DNA from: a virus
Lineage: Duplodnaviria > Caudoviricetes
DNA: 36,266 bases
Reading direction: 5' to 3' (one strand)
Virus record (IMG/VR): IMGVR_UViG_3300020044_003924
Location: 1 to 36,266 of that record
A model generated the notes under the pieces. The model had not been told where the DNA came from and ran no database searches. It was given only the letters and a program-made list of their open reading frames with translations. Of this stretch, positions 1 through 8,197 are shown one piece after another. How positions within the stretch are numbered: position 1 is the first letter of the stretch; each line of letters opens with the position of its first letter. The translations under genes and the position numbers were made by a program.

Positions 1-10
1 TACAATGAGT

Positions 11-49
11 TGCACACACTCGTAGGTGGGTGTGTGCGTCAAAGAAGGA
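11..49 (+). promoter_or_regulatory. Early leader element copy 1: TACAAT (1-6), hairpin, then GTCAAAGA
   Basis: TGCACACACTC (11-21) pairs with GGGTGTGTGCG (28-38); GGGTGTGTGCGTCAAAGA is identical to 1795-1812. Confidence 0.6.
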
Positions 50-131
50 AGGTTGCGGTGGTTGCAACATGGTGTTGTGACATTAGGTGTTCGTGAACGA
101 ACAGCCGCACGAGCCAGTCTGGGAGGACATC

Positions 132-377
132 ATGGCACGCAAAGCAAAAGTAGCAGTAGCAACATTCGGTCGTTATGCGAAGCATGACAAGTGGTGGACG
201 GTTGCGTTTGATGACGCAACAGAAGTGTTGGAGACAGGCAAGGTTGTGGATGTCCGCAAGGTGGACGGAACCGAGCAGAAGGTTGTCATCCAGTCGCTGG
301 TAGCATCGTCCATTGTGGATGCGGATGACCAAGCACCTACGCTGTATTACACTTACACGAAGGTGTCCGCCAAGTAG
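132..377 (+). CDS. Hypothetical early protein (81 aa)
   Basis: GGGAGG SD precedes ATG 132, a better start than GTG 87. Confidence 0.75.
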   Translation: MARKAKVAVATFGRYAKHDKWWTVAFDDATEVLETGKVVDVRKVDGTEQKVVIQSLVASSIVDADDQAPTLYYTYTKVSAK

Positions 378-391
378 GCACGGTTGGTTGA

Positions 392-449
392 GGGCACACG
401 GGCATTTCCCCGTGTTCGTGTGCCTGATTGCTCACCGTGAGCAGATAGG
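392..449 (+). promoter_or_regulatory. Tandem hairpin intergenic element followed by GATAGG
   Basis: Stem 393-405/412-424 (with G-U pairs); perfect inverted repeat TGCTCAC-C-GTGAGCA 429-443. Confidence 0.5.
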
Positions 450-469
450 AATATGGCTGGGAGGCTATT

Positions 470-604
470 ATGAGTAAGCAAGCAGGGTTACAACCAAAGG
501 GCGTGTACTGTTGTCCACGCTGTGACCGTAAGGTGGAAGTGTTCATTAGGGTGCGTGAAGTGGCGTGTAATCAGCATGGACAGATGGTTAAGGCAGGCAA
601 GTAA
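470..604 (+). CDS. Small Zn-ribbon-like protein (44 aa, CPRC...CNQH)
   Basis: Not in ORF track; GGGAGG SD; MSKQAGLQPKGVYCCPRCDRKVEVFIRVREVACNQHGQMVKAGK; TAATG coupling to next gene. Confidence 0.7.
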   Translation: MSKQAGLQPKGVYCCPRCDRKVEVFIRVREVACNQHGQMVKAGK

Positions 605-696
605 TGGATGAGTATAATGTTGCGTTGTTGGTTATGGTTTATGGTGTAGTGTGTGTTGTGTTCGGGTATTATCTACGGAAATGGGAGGGTAAGTGA
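604..696 (+). CDS. Small single-pass membrane protein (30 aa)
   Basis: MDEYNVALLVMVYGVVCVVFGYYLRKWEGK; coupled by TAATG and TGATG overlaps. Confidence 0.65.
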   Translation: MDEYNVALLVMVYGVVCVVFGYYLRKWEGK

Positions 697-866
697 TGGA
701 TAGGGAGATTAGGGTTGGTAGTTTGGTCGTGTATAAGGGTATTGCGGACTCGTCCATTTATAGGGTTGCGGAGATTTCTCCGTGGGATGAGGTTGTGATG
801 TATGATGCGACTGGGCGTGGGAAGTTTTCTCGTAAGGTTAATAAGTTCCGATTGGAGGCGTTGTGA
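696..866 (+). CDS. Small hypothetical protein (56 aa), possible SH3-like beta barrel
   Basis: MDREIRVGSLVVYKG...; GGGAGG SD; TGATG overlaps at both ends. Confidence 0.65.
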   Translation: MDREIRVGSLVVYKGIADSSIYRVAEISPWDEVVMYDATGRGKFSRKVNKFRLEAL

Positions 867-1069
867 TGTTTAAGCAGGGTGATGAAGTGTATATCAAGGG
901 TAGAAAGGGGTTGTGGGTTGTGAAGGATGCGGATGAGCGTTTTGATAATGCTATGATGCTCGTTCATCTTCATGGTGATAGTGGGTTTGTGTTGTTGGCT
1001 GTTCGTGGTCAGGATTGCCAGTATATTGACCCGAAGTGGTGTCGTGTTTACAACAAAGGAGGGAAATAG
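866..1069 (+). CDS. Small hypothetical protein, possible SH3-like (FKQGDEVYIKG)
   Basis: GGAGG SD; ATG 866 overlaps the previous stop. Confidence 0.7.
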   Translation: MFKQGDEVYIKGRKGLWVVKDADERFDNAMMLVHLHGDSGFVLLAVRGQDCQYIDPKWCRVYNKGGK

Positions 1070-1071
1070 TT

Positions 1072-1266
1072 ATGAGTATGTTCCAACATAGGCATTATGA
1101 GGCGATTGCTGAGATTATTGCCGATATTAACCGTAGTATATATTTGGGTGAGATTGCGGAGGGTGAGGCGTTTGGTGTTGTGGATATTGCTTTGCGTAAC
1201 ATGTTTGCGGAGGATAATCCGAAGTTTAATCGTGAGCGTTACATCAAGGCGTGTGGATGGGTGTGA
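1072..1266 (+). CDS. Small phage early protein (HYEAIAEII...DNPKFNRERYIKACG type)
   Basis: AGGAGG SD; motif pattern recalled from a widespread small phage protein family. Confidence 0.75.
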   Translation: MSMFQHRHYEAIAEIIADINRSIYLGEIAEGEAFGVVDIALRNMFAEDNPKFNRERYIKACGWV

Positions 1267-1307
1267 CCGTCAAAGATAAGGTTTCCGACAGCAATTCCGC
1301 TGTCGGA
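1258..1307 (+). promoter_or_regulatory. Early leader element copy 2: TGGGTGTGACCGTCAAAGATAAGG plus AATTCC-loop hairpin
   Basis: Perfect stem TCCGACAGC (1284-1292)/GCTGTCGGA (1299-1307). Confidence 0.65.
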
Positions 1308-1329
1308 TTTAATCAACTGGGAGGTTGAT

Positions 1330-1734
1330 ATGAGTAAGCAAATGGCAGTTAAGGTTAGCAGAGTTAAATTGTTGGAGAAACTGAAACAGGCACATCGTAA
1401 GGCAACTAGCGAAGAGTTGGTTCACAAAATTGCTTGCGAGAACATTGACAAACTGGAGGAGAAGCAGAACGCTCAAGTGATTAAGCAACTGTCCAAAGGT
1501 AATGTTACTGTTCGTAACTCTACTGGTCATTATGAGCGTAAACAAAACTTGGTTGAGTTTACTATTGTGGTAACATTTCCTGATAGCATGTTTCCAACGC
1601 TGGAGTATCCTGCTCGTGGTGACAATTTTGTGTACAACTTGGAAGAGTTGTCCAATGTTATCAAGTTGCTGGAATTGAGCAATGAGGAGAATGTTTCTAC
1701 TTCTACTTATGGTAATGTTGCCCGTTTCTTGTAA
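1330..1734 (+). CDS. Hypothetical protein (134 aa)
   Basis: GGGAGG SD; intact ORF. Confidence 0.8.
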   Translation: MSKQMAVKVSRVKLLEKLKQAHRKATSEELVHKIACENIDKLEEKQNAQVIKQLSKGNVTVRNSTGHYERKQNLVEFTIVVTFPDSMFPTLEYPARGDNFVYNLEELSNVIKLLELSNEENVSTSTYGNVARFL

Positions 1735-1744
1735 ACGGGTCACC

Positions 1745-1847
1745 GTGTGGGGGTTCGTAGCCCCCACATGGTACAATTTGACGCACATGCGTATGGGTGT
1801 GTGCGTCAAAGATAGGGAAATCGGCATTAGCAATTCCGCTGTTGTCG
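1745..1847 (+). promoter_or_regulatory. Early leader element copy 3: hairpin, TACAAT, hairpin ending GTCAAAGATAGGG, AATTCC-loop hairpin
   Basis: Stems 1745-1769, 1777-1810 (TTTGACGCACA/TGTGCGTCAAA) and 1822-1847. Confidence 0.65.
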
Positions 1848-1880
1848 TATTAACGCCCATTAGGGCAGGAGGATAGTATT

Positions 1881-3191
1881 ATGGCTGGGAAATCATTAAA
1901 CATCTTGCGGATTGACCGCAACAGAAAGACAGCGTGGTGTAACTTTGCGCCTAGCGGTCAGGAATACGAGTACAGTTTCAGGAGTTTGTCCCGTAACACT
2001 CTCATTAAGGTTGTGGGTGTATTGGGTCACAAGTTCGTTGGTCGTACCCCGTTGTCTTATACTGGGGACGAGTTGGTGAAGTTGGCTATCGGGTTGTGTG
2101 CTGATGGTGGTGACGATATCATTGTCAGTAGCAAGCCATCAGTTCCTGCGGTGCCAGCACCTACGGTGACTGTCCCCGCTAAACCGAATGTGATGGTGTC
2201 TGCTGTTGGTATTGAGGATGCCTTGCGTGGTGTCATTACTGATGCTCTCAAGGGTTACACCGAGGGTGGCGTGGACAAAGAAGTGGTTGAGGGTATCGTG
2301 TCTCATGCGATTGCTCGTCATTCCGCTTCCGTTGATGCCAAGATTTCGGAACTCACCAAGATTATTGCGGAGACTAAGCCGACTGTTAAGCATATTACGC
2401 TTACTGGTGGTGAGGTTCGTAAGGTTGAGGGTCGTACACACTTCATGTTTGATAAGGTGTTGCGTGTTGTTGATGCTGGTATGTCGCCGTGGATTACGGG
2501 GACTGCTGGTGTGGGCAAGACGATGCTTGCCGAACAGATTGCTACAGCATTGGGCTTGGAGTATAGTCCTGAGTCGTTCTGTTCGCAGTCATCTAAAGCA
2601 GAAATCAAGGGCTATAAGGATGGTCACGGGTTGTACCAATCGGTGGACTTCCGCAAGCGTTTTGAGGATGGTGGTGTGTACTTGCTAGACGAGATAGATG
2701 CCGCTAATCCGAACATTCTGCTAACACTCAATAGCGCATTGTCTAACGGTTGGATGATGTTTCCTGATGGTAAGGTTAAGCGTCACGAGAAGTTCGTGGC
2801 TATAGCGTCAGCGAACACTTATGGTAACGGTGCTACGGCGGAGTATGTTGGTCGTCAGGTGATTGACGGCTCTACGCTTAATCGTTTCGTCAAGATAGAT
2901 ATGCCTATTGACGAGATTATGGAGGCTGGTATCGTTGGTGACCTATCTAGGGATGGGGACGCTGGTCGTGTGTGGCTTGAGATTGTGCGTAAGGCACGAG
3001 CCAATGTTGCTACCAACGGTCTTAAGGTTATCATTTCGCCTCGTGACTCTTATCATGGTGCGAAGTTGCTTAATGCTGGGTTCACCTTTCAGGAGTGTGT
3101 GCCTATGACATTCGGTTCGGGTATGAAGTCCGAACAGTATGCTAAGGTTATGGCTGGCATCACTATTCCATCAGGAGGTGCTAAGGAGTAG
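1881..3191 (+). CDS. MoxR/CbbQ/CobS-like AAA+ ATPase with long N-terminal extension
   Basis: Walker A GTAGVGKT, Walker B LLDEID, sensor region ASANTYGNG...YVGR..D.STLNRF; AGGAGG SD. Confidence 0.9.
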   Translation: MAGKSLNILRIDRNRKTAWCNFAPSGQEYEYSFRSLSRNTLIKVVGVLGHKFVGRTPLSYTGDELVKLAIGLCADGGDDIIVSSKPSVPAVPAPTVTVPAKPNVMVSAVGIEDALRGVITDALKGYTEGGVDKEVVEGIVSHAIARHSASVDAKISELTKIIAETKPTVKHITLTGGEVRKVEGRTHFMFDKVLRVVDAGMSPWITGTAGVGKTMLAEQIATALGLEYSPESFCSQSSKAEIKGYKDGHGLYQSVDFRKRFEDGGVYLLDEIDAANPNILLTLNSALSNGWMMFPDGKVKRHEKFVAIASANTYGNGATAEYVGRQVIDGSTLNRFVKIDMPIDEIMEAGIVGDLSRDGDAGRVWLEIVRKARANVATNGLKVIISPRDSYHGAKLLNAGFTFQECVPMTFGSGMKSEQYAKVMAGITIPSGGAKE

Positions 3192-3192
3192 C

Positions 3193-3253
3193 GGATGGGC
3201 GGTGCGCCCATCCATTCTCCCAGCGTGGGTGGGCGTACATGTCAAAGATTGGG
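3193..3253 (+). promoter_or_regulatory. Early leader element copy 4 with alternative hairpins, then GTCAAAGATTGGG
   Basis: 3193-3201/3205-3213 competes with 3203-3215/3225-3237; GTCAAAGA at 3241-3248. Confidence 0.5.
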
Positions 3254-3281
3254 ATTTACAACAACAACTATTGGAGGGGTT

Positions 3282-4115
3282 ATGATTACACAAGTGATTG
3301 ACAAAGTTTATATTGACGAGTTTGAGTCGTTAGGTGAGGCGTTGGCTTACGCTAAGGCTAACACCGACAGGCGTTCATCTGATAACAAGCGTGATATCAA
3401 GTGGGCTGGTTCGGAAACTTTGGATGATGCTGTCAAGTTGGGTATGGATGGTTGGCATGAAATCCGTCCTGATGTTGATAGAATGTTCAGCCACATGGAA
3501 GAACAAATAAACATGGCGTTGGGTGAGATATTTGAGATGCGTTATGATTACAGCGGTGACACGGTGGACATTGACCGTTTCCTTATGGGTGACCCTGAAC
3601 ACATGATGGATTATGAGACTGTTCCAGCAGGCAGGATGGGTCGTGTTGTTCGTGTGTTGATTAACGGTTCGGCTAGTGCTAGGATTACACCTGAGGAGAT
3701 TATGCGTAGAGGTGTTCTTGCTGTTGCGTTGGTTGATGTGCTGAACAAGTTGGGTGTTGGTGTTGAGGTGTGGCTAGAGTCCGCTACTGATGACAACGGC
3801 AGGGGTGTTCATTCGCAACTAATCAAGTTACATTCCAGCGAAGAACGCTTAGATATTGACAACCTTATGTTTGCTATGGCTCATCCGAGTATGTTGCGCC
3901 GTGTAGGTTTCAGTATCTTAGAGCGTACTGGTTGGTCTAATGCTAAGCGGATTGCTCAGGAGGGTGCTGGTTATGGTCAGCCACATAATCTTACTCAGGG
4001 TAAGCGCATTGGTGCTGATGTTGAGATTGACAAGTTACAGAACGCAACGGGTGACCCCATTGCGGATGGTGTTGCTTATATCATGTCCACCGTTAAAGGG
4101 TTGGATTTGTTGTAA
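3282..4115 (+). CDS. Degenerate VWA/CobT-like partner of the AAA+ ATPase
   Basis: GGAGG SD before ATG 3282; VRVLINGSAS resembles a MIDAS DxSxS with D to N; adjacent to MoxR-type ATPase. Confidence 0.7.
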   Translation: MITQVIDKVYIDEFESLGEALAYAKANTDRRSSDNKRDIKWAGSETLDDAVKLGMDGWHEIRPDVDRMFSHMEEQINMALGEIFEMRYDYSGDTVDIDRFLMGDPEHMMDYETVPAGRMGRVVRVLINGSASARITPEEIMRRGVLAVALVDVLNKLGVGVEVWLESATDDNGRGVHSQLIKLHSSEERLDIDNLMFAMAHPSMLRRVGFSILERTGWSNAKRIAQEGAGYGQPHNLTQGKRIGADVEIDKLQNATGDPIADGVAYIMSTVKGLDLL

Positions 4116-4145
4116 GCACAACGGTGCCTACGCCGTGATAGTGGG

Positions 4146-4178
4146 GCGGGGGTTGGACAATGAAACTCCAGCCTCCGC
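4146..4178 (+). terminator. 12-bp GC-rich hairpin, possible terminator or processing site
   Basis: GCGGGGGTTGGA/TCCAGCCTCCGC; no U-tract. Confidence 0.4.
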
Positions 4179-4219
4179 TAAGGATATAGGATATTATCAA
4201 CTACAATATGGGAGGAAAT

Positions 4220-4378
4220 ATGAGATACGAAGTTCAGTTAGTGGTTACATATACAGGTGATACGATTGGTGACGACATCATTCAGGGTTTGAGTGATGCT
4301 GGTATCAAGGTAGAATACATGACAGTCGCTGACTCTAACGGCGAGTTTTATCCAGAATACATAAGCGTGGAGGCTTAA
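4220..4378 (+). CDS. Small hypothetical protein (52 aa)
   Basis: Not in ORF track; GGGAGG SD; MRYEVQLVVTYTGDTIGDDIIQGL... Confidence 0.7.
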   Translation: MRYEVQLVVTYTGDTIGDDIIQGLSDAGIKVEYMTVADSNGEFYPEYISVEA

Positions 4379-4379
4379 C

Positions 4380-4982
4380 ATGAACAAAGTTACAGGGTTG
4401 CTATTAAACGCTGGTGTTGGTGCCAGTATTGACACGGTAGAAATTACCGATTTGGAAAGCATACAAAATCATGTTGGTGGGATGATTGACGCTGTTAGGC
4501 AACCAATCAACGATGATATTTATGTTGTTGGTTATGTTCACGATGAGGGTTTGATACTGGATTTGGAAATGAACTGGATTGCCAGCGCATTGTTCGGTAG
4601 AGAAATCCGTGGCTCAGTTGTGTTAGTGAACGGCAATAACGATGTTGGCGAGTATGATGGTTACAACCATGATTTGCCCAACGAGTTCATTGAGTACATG
4701 AAAACGGTGTTCCTTGCTCGTGTTGCCACAACCTATAATGAGTCACAAATTATTCTTGCGTTGTTACAATCAGCGGCAAGTGATGATATAATTGAGATGG
4801 AGAAACTAGATGAGTTATTGGAAGTGCTTGCTGAAGCGGTGGAAACAGGTGACCGTGATGCTACTAACAAGGCTGGTGAACTGATGAGAAATGTTTTGTC
4901 ACAAATTGACGAAACAATGGCTACTCAGGCTACAGATACATTGGTTGATGAAATATATGATTTCCTAAAGGAGCAAAACTAA
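4380..4982 (+). CDS. DUF3846-like domain protein with acidic helical C-terminus
   Basis: LESIQNHVGGMIDAV, YVHDEGLILDL..N..AS, IRGSVVL pattern. Confidence 0.7.
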   Translation: MNKVTGLLLNAGVGASIDTVEITDLESIQNHVGGMIDAVRQPINDDIYVVGYVHDEGLILDLEMNWIASALFGREIRGSVVLVNGNNDVGEYDGYNHDLPNEFIEYMKTVFLARVATTYNESQIILALLQSAASDDIIEMEKLDELLEVLAEAVETGDRDATNKAGELMRNVLSQIDETMATQATDTLVDEIYDFLKEQN

Positions 4983-5191
4983 TGATGATAGAAATAGAAA
5001 CACCTATGTGTACCGTTTGCGGTAACACTTCTAAAATGTTTGTGGATGAAACTGCTTTCTACCAATGGAAAAGTCGGGAAATCCTTATCCAGCAAGCGTT
5101 TGCGGACATGCCCAGCGAGGAGCGAGAAATGTTGATAACGGGATGTCATCCCGAATGTTGGAACCTACTGTTTGGAGATGATGATGAATGA
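4982..5191 (+). CDS. Small Zn-binding protein (CTVC...CHPECW)
   Basis: AGGAG SD; Cys/His pattern. Confidence 0.75.
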   Translation: MMIEIETPMCTVCGNTSKMFVDETAFYQWKSREILIQQAFADMPSEEREMLITGCHPECWNLLFGDDDE

Positions 5192-5720
5192 CACACTAAT
5201 TAAAGTTGATGCTGTTTATGATATGTGGCAAGGTGAACGCATATGTGAAATTATGGAGTACACATACGAGATGGGTCATGTGTGGACTACAGACACAATG
5301 CTAAACTACTTTGAGAAACTAGTAGAATGTTACGACCTATATAAATCCACTAACGGTTATGTGTCCGATTCGTTTGACAACATTGAGCCACTACAATTTG
5401 GCAATGTGTCAATGTTACATAAATGGAAACATATTAGAAACTCTGTAATGGATTACTCGGTACAGTTTCCCAATGTAGAAGTGTTGGATATTATTCATAA
5501 ACTGGGTGTAACATTAGATGAGTTTTATGCTGCTGTTACTGTAAACAAGAAGCAAAACAAAATGTCGGAAGATGCCTTCCGCCAGTTTTGTTATGCCTGT
5601 TTAACCGACAACCCCAACTTTGCCAAAATTGGTAGAGACTACGGTACTGGTATCAACACCATGAAATACTTTAAGAAACTATTTAGAGCAATAAAGATAG
5701 CGAGGACAGATGGTGAATGA
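5184..5720 (+). CDS. Hypothetical protein, possible C-terminal HTH
   Basis: Long ORF; start uncertain (5172-5184); NFAKIGRDYGTGINTM is weakly HTH-like. Confidence 0.7.
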   Translation: MNDTLIKVDAVYDMWQGERICEIMEYTYEMGHVWTTDTMLNYFEKLVECYDLYKSTNGYVSDSFDNIEPLQFGNVSMLHKWKHIRNSVMDYSVQFPNVEVLDIIHKLGVTLDEFYAAVTVNKKQNKMSEDAFRQFCYACLTDNPNFAKIGRDYGTGINTMKYFKKLFRAIKIARTDGE

Positions 5721-5812
5721 CAAGGATAAAGTATAATAACCTTACAGGGTTTCGGTACTTACAGTACCTCAACTAACTGTCCATGCTATCTAGTCTATTA
5801 GAGAGAGAATAA

Positions 5813-6616
5813 ATGAAAATAGATAATGTTAATAAGATAGTGTATGTTAGACAGTCTTGGTTAAATGATATGGTTATCTGTCCAGAAAGAGCCAGACTGG
5901 GTATAACCCGTCCAGAGTTCCGTACTGGTAGTGATGCTACTATTATAGGTACTAGTATTCATACTGGGATAGAAGCCGTCCTTAATGGGACGGCAGGTAA
6001 TTTTGATGAGATGTTACAGTCTGTCACAAATAACTTTGATGAGTTACAGAAAACTGGTTACAAGAAAACAAACATTGACGAAACAAAAATACCTGATTAT
6101 CTTAGGTCTATGTCGTCAGCGTTTTACGAGGAGATTCTACCGCAGGTAGAGTTGGGAGGCAAGGTTGAGCATTATTTTAAGGTTCCTTTGGGTATTACTG
6201 TTCAGGACTATTCTGTGTGGCTTGAGGGAACGATGGACTACATCGCACCCAGCGGTCTTATATGGGACTGGAAAACATCATCCCGTGCTTATTACATCAA
6301 AGACAAACAGAAGTCCGCTATCCAGCCTACGGTTTATGGTTATGCGGCTGTTAAGGAGGGGTTGAGTAGTGGTGAAGTCACTCATTTTAATTATGGTGTT
6401 ATGGTTCGTACTGAGGCGGTTAAGTCTCAGATTGCGCCTATCACAAGAACAGAGAACCATTATAATTGGCTCAAGTATTTTGTTCGTGGTGCCGTTGGCT
6501 CTTCTATTAGAGTGGGTTCCGAGAGCGAGTGGTTTATGAATGACAGCAGTACTTTATGTTCGTCATCATGGTGTTCCTATTGGAGTATCTGTAAAGGTGC
6601 TTTCAATTGTGAATGA
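5813..6616 (+). CDS. Cas4/RecB-like PD-(D/E)XK exonuclease, probably Fe-S
   Basis: N-terminal CP, GTSIH, GTMD, WDWKT, Q...Y and C-terminal CSSSWCSYWSIC. Confidence 0.85.
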   Translation: MKIDNVNKIVYVRQSWLNDMVICPERARLGITRPEFRTGSDATIIGTSIHTGIEAVLNGTAGNFDEMLQSVTNNFDELQKTGYKKTNIDETKIPDYLRSMSSAFYEEILPQVELGGKVEHYFKVPLGITVQDYSVWLEGTMDYIAPSGLIWDWKTSSRAYYIKDKQKSAIQPTVYGYAAVKEGLSSGEVTHFNYGVMVRTEAVKSQIAPITRTENHYNWLKYFVRGAVGSSIRVGSESEWFMNDSSTLCSSSWCSYWSICKGAFNCE

Positions 6617-6664
6617 CTAGCATCTGCTAGTATTATATCAACAACAACTAGTTAGGAGAAAGAT

Positions 6665-7102
6665 ATGAGTGCCGTATCCAAAGACCAGAGTATTATCCTT
6701 CAAGTCGCAGGTAAGATTGCTGCCGATTTGACACCAAAAGGTAACGACATTAACGAAAACATTTCCAATTGGGTTATGGCGTTTGATGCCGTAGGTGAGC
6801 AACTGTTCTCCTCAATGGGGATGACAGCAGGAACTCCTGAGCAGGTCACACAGACGCTTGTAGAAGCGTTTGGTGCCACTCCAGTAGCATCAACCCCTGC
6901 CATGTCATACACGCCACAAGGTGGCACCGTTACCATCAAGGGTAAGCAACACGGTCCAATTCCTGAATGGCTACACAGCGAATGTGCTAAGGTTGGTGTA
7001 ACGGAAGTGTGGGATAACCGTGATGGTTTGTCCGCTAATCCAAAACGCCCTTGGTTCAAAGCAGTACAAGGTGACAAAGCCTTTTGGGCACCACGCAAGT
7101 AA
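6665..7102 (+). CDS. Conserved protein in the SSB/recombination position
   Basis: AGGAG SD; aromatic/basic C-terminal domain VWDNR...RPWFK...AFWAP; lies between nuclease and helicase; function inferred. Confidence 0.6.
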   Translation: MSAVSKDQSIILQVAGKIAADLTPKGNDINENISNWVMAFDAVGEQLFSSMGMTAGTPEQVTQTLVEAFGATPVASTPAMSYTPQGGTVTIKGKQHGPIPEWLHSECAKVGVTEVWDNRDGLSANPKRPWFKAVQGDKAFWAPRK

Positions 7103-7116
7103 CGATAGGATAACAC

Positions 7117-8193
7117 ATGGCTCCTGATTATTCGGAGCGTTGGGCTAAGGCAGGGCGGGGCGAACTTATCGCCCCGCCTGTCTCGTCTAAGGCTTCATAC
7201 AACTATTATGTACCACTAGTAAAAGCGGCAGACGATTATGTTCATTGGGCGCAAACACCACACGAACGCATCTATCTAGGGTTTCCCGAAATAGACGCAC
7301 AAATGCGTGGCATAGCACCATCCGAACTATGTTTAGTTAACGGCTATTCACATAGCGGTAAGACTTTGGTTCTATTACAGATTCTTGCTGCGAACCGTGA
7401 TAAGCGTGTTATCTACTTCTGCCCTGACGAACCTAGAACATTAACGCTAATCAAGTTGGCGTGTGTTACACATGGTATTGACGCTAATGTTTTGGAATCT
7501 GATGTAGCGTTAAATGACCAAAAGGCTATTTCGTTACTGCGTGAAACAGCGCAAGAGTTCTTTCCGAACCTTGCCGTGTTTGACCAAACAGTATCGCTAA
7601 TAGATATGGAACGGGCATTGTCCGAGTACACCGATGTTATTGGTGACCCACAACTAATCGTTGTGGACTACTTAGATTTGATTACAGGTGGTGGCGAGGA
7701 CATTCCATCCAAAGCCAACAGTATCAAAGCGTTCGGTAAACGACACAATGTTCCACTAATCGTGTTACACCAGTCGTCCCGTACTGCTGGTGCTGACGGC
7801 AAGAAAATGACCATCAGTTCAGGTGCGTTTGGTGGTGAACAACAGGCTACTCATGTTGTTGGTGTTCGCCGTAAGCGTTTTGAGATTGAGGGTTACATTC
7901 GGGAACTACAAGAGAAACTGGACAGGGCATCCAATACTGAACGAATCATAGAGAAAATAGAATCGTTACAGTATGACTTGCGTATCCATCAGGATACGGT
8001 CACAGTTAACCTTGTGAAGTGTAAGCGTCCAGCATCACAACTATTGGATGACATGCACTTTACTATTGAGGCAGGAACAGGTAGGCTAAACCGTTTGGAG
8101 GACGGTGTGCTACCATACAAAGATGACAGACTTCCCCCGCCACCAATAGCGGGAGAACAACAAGTTATCGTTGACGCACTAGCAGATTGGTGA
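7117..8193 (+). CDS. DnaB-like SF4 replicative helicase
   Basis: Walker A GYSHSGKT, Walker B LIVVDYLD, IVLHQ, VKCKR. Confidence 0.85.
   Translation: MAPDYSERWAKAGRGELIAPPVSSKASYNYYVPLVKAADDYVHWAQTPHERIYLGFPEIDAQMRGIAPSELCLVNGYSHSGKTLVLLQILAANRDKRVIYFCPDEPRTLTLIKLACVTHGIDANVLESDVALNDQKAISLLRETAQEFFPNLAVFDQTVSLIDMERALSEYTDVIGDPQLIVVDYLDLITGGGEDIPSKANSIKAFGKRHNVPLIVLHQSSRTAGADGKKMTISSGAFGGEQQATHVVGVRRKRFEIEGYIRELQEKLDRASNTERIIEKIESLQYDLRIHQDTVTVNLVKCKRPASQLLDDMHFTIEAGTGRLNRLEDGVLPYKDDRLPPPPIAGEQQVIVDALADW
7149..7188 (+). terminator. GC-rich hairpin inside 5' end of helicase ORF
   Basis: GGCGGGGCGA (7154-7163)/TCGCCCCGCC (7169-7178) followed by a pyrimidine-rich run. Confidence 0.55.
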
Positions 8194-8197
8194 CATT

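Noticed and set aside
424-447. CTGAT...GATA resembling a hammerhead ribozyme core
   Set aside because: Lacks CUGANGA and GAAA consensus, and I found no third stem.
1804-3245. GTCAA read as TTGAC -35 boxes on the - strand
   Set aside because: At the two copies checked (1804, 3240) there is no -10-like hexamer at 17-nt spacing, and no leftward genes.
3195-3281. N-terminal extension of the VWA-like ORF from ATG 3195
   Set aside because: The region is a structured leader; the strong SD supports ATG 3282.
5717-5737. TATAAT at 5732 as a sigma70 promoter
   Set aside because: Plausible -10 but no properly spaced -35; too weak to call.
5813-6616. Cas4-like gene as sign of a CRISPR-Cas system
   Set aside because: No repeat-spacer array or other cas genes seen; solo Cas4-like nucleases are common in phage replication modules.
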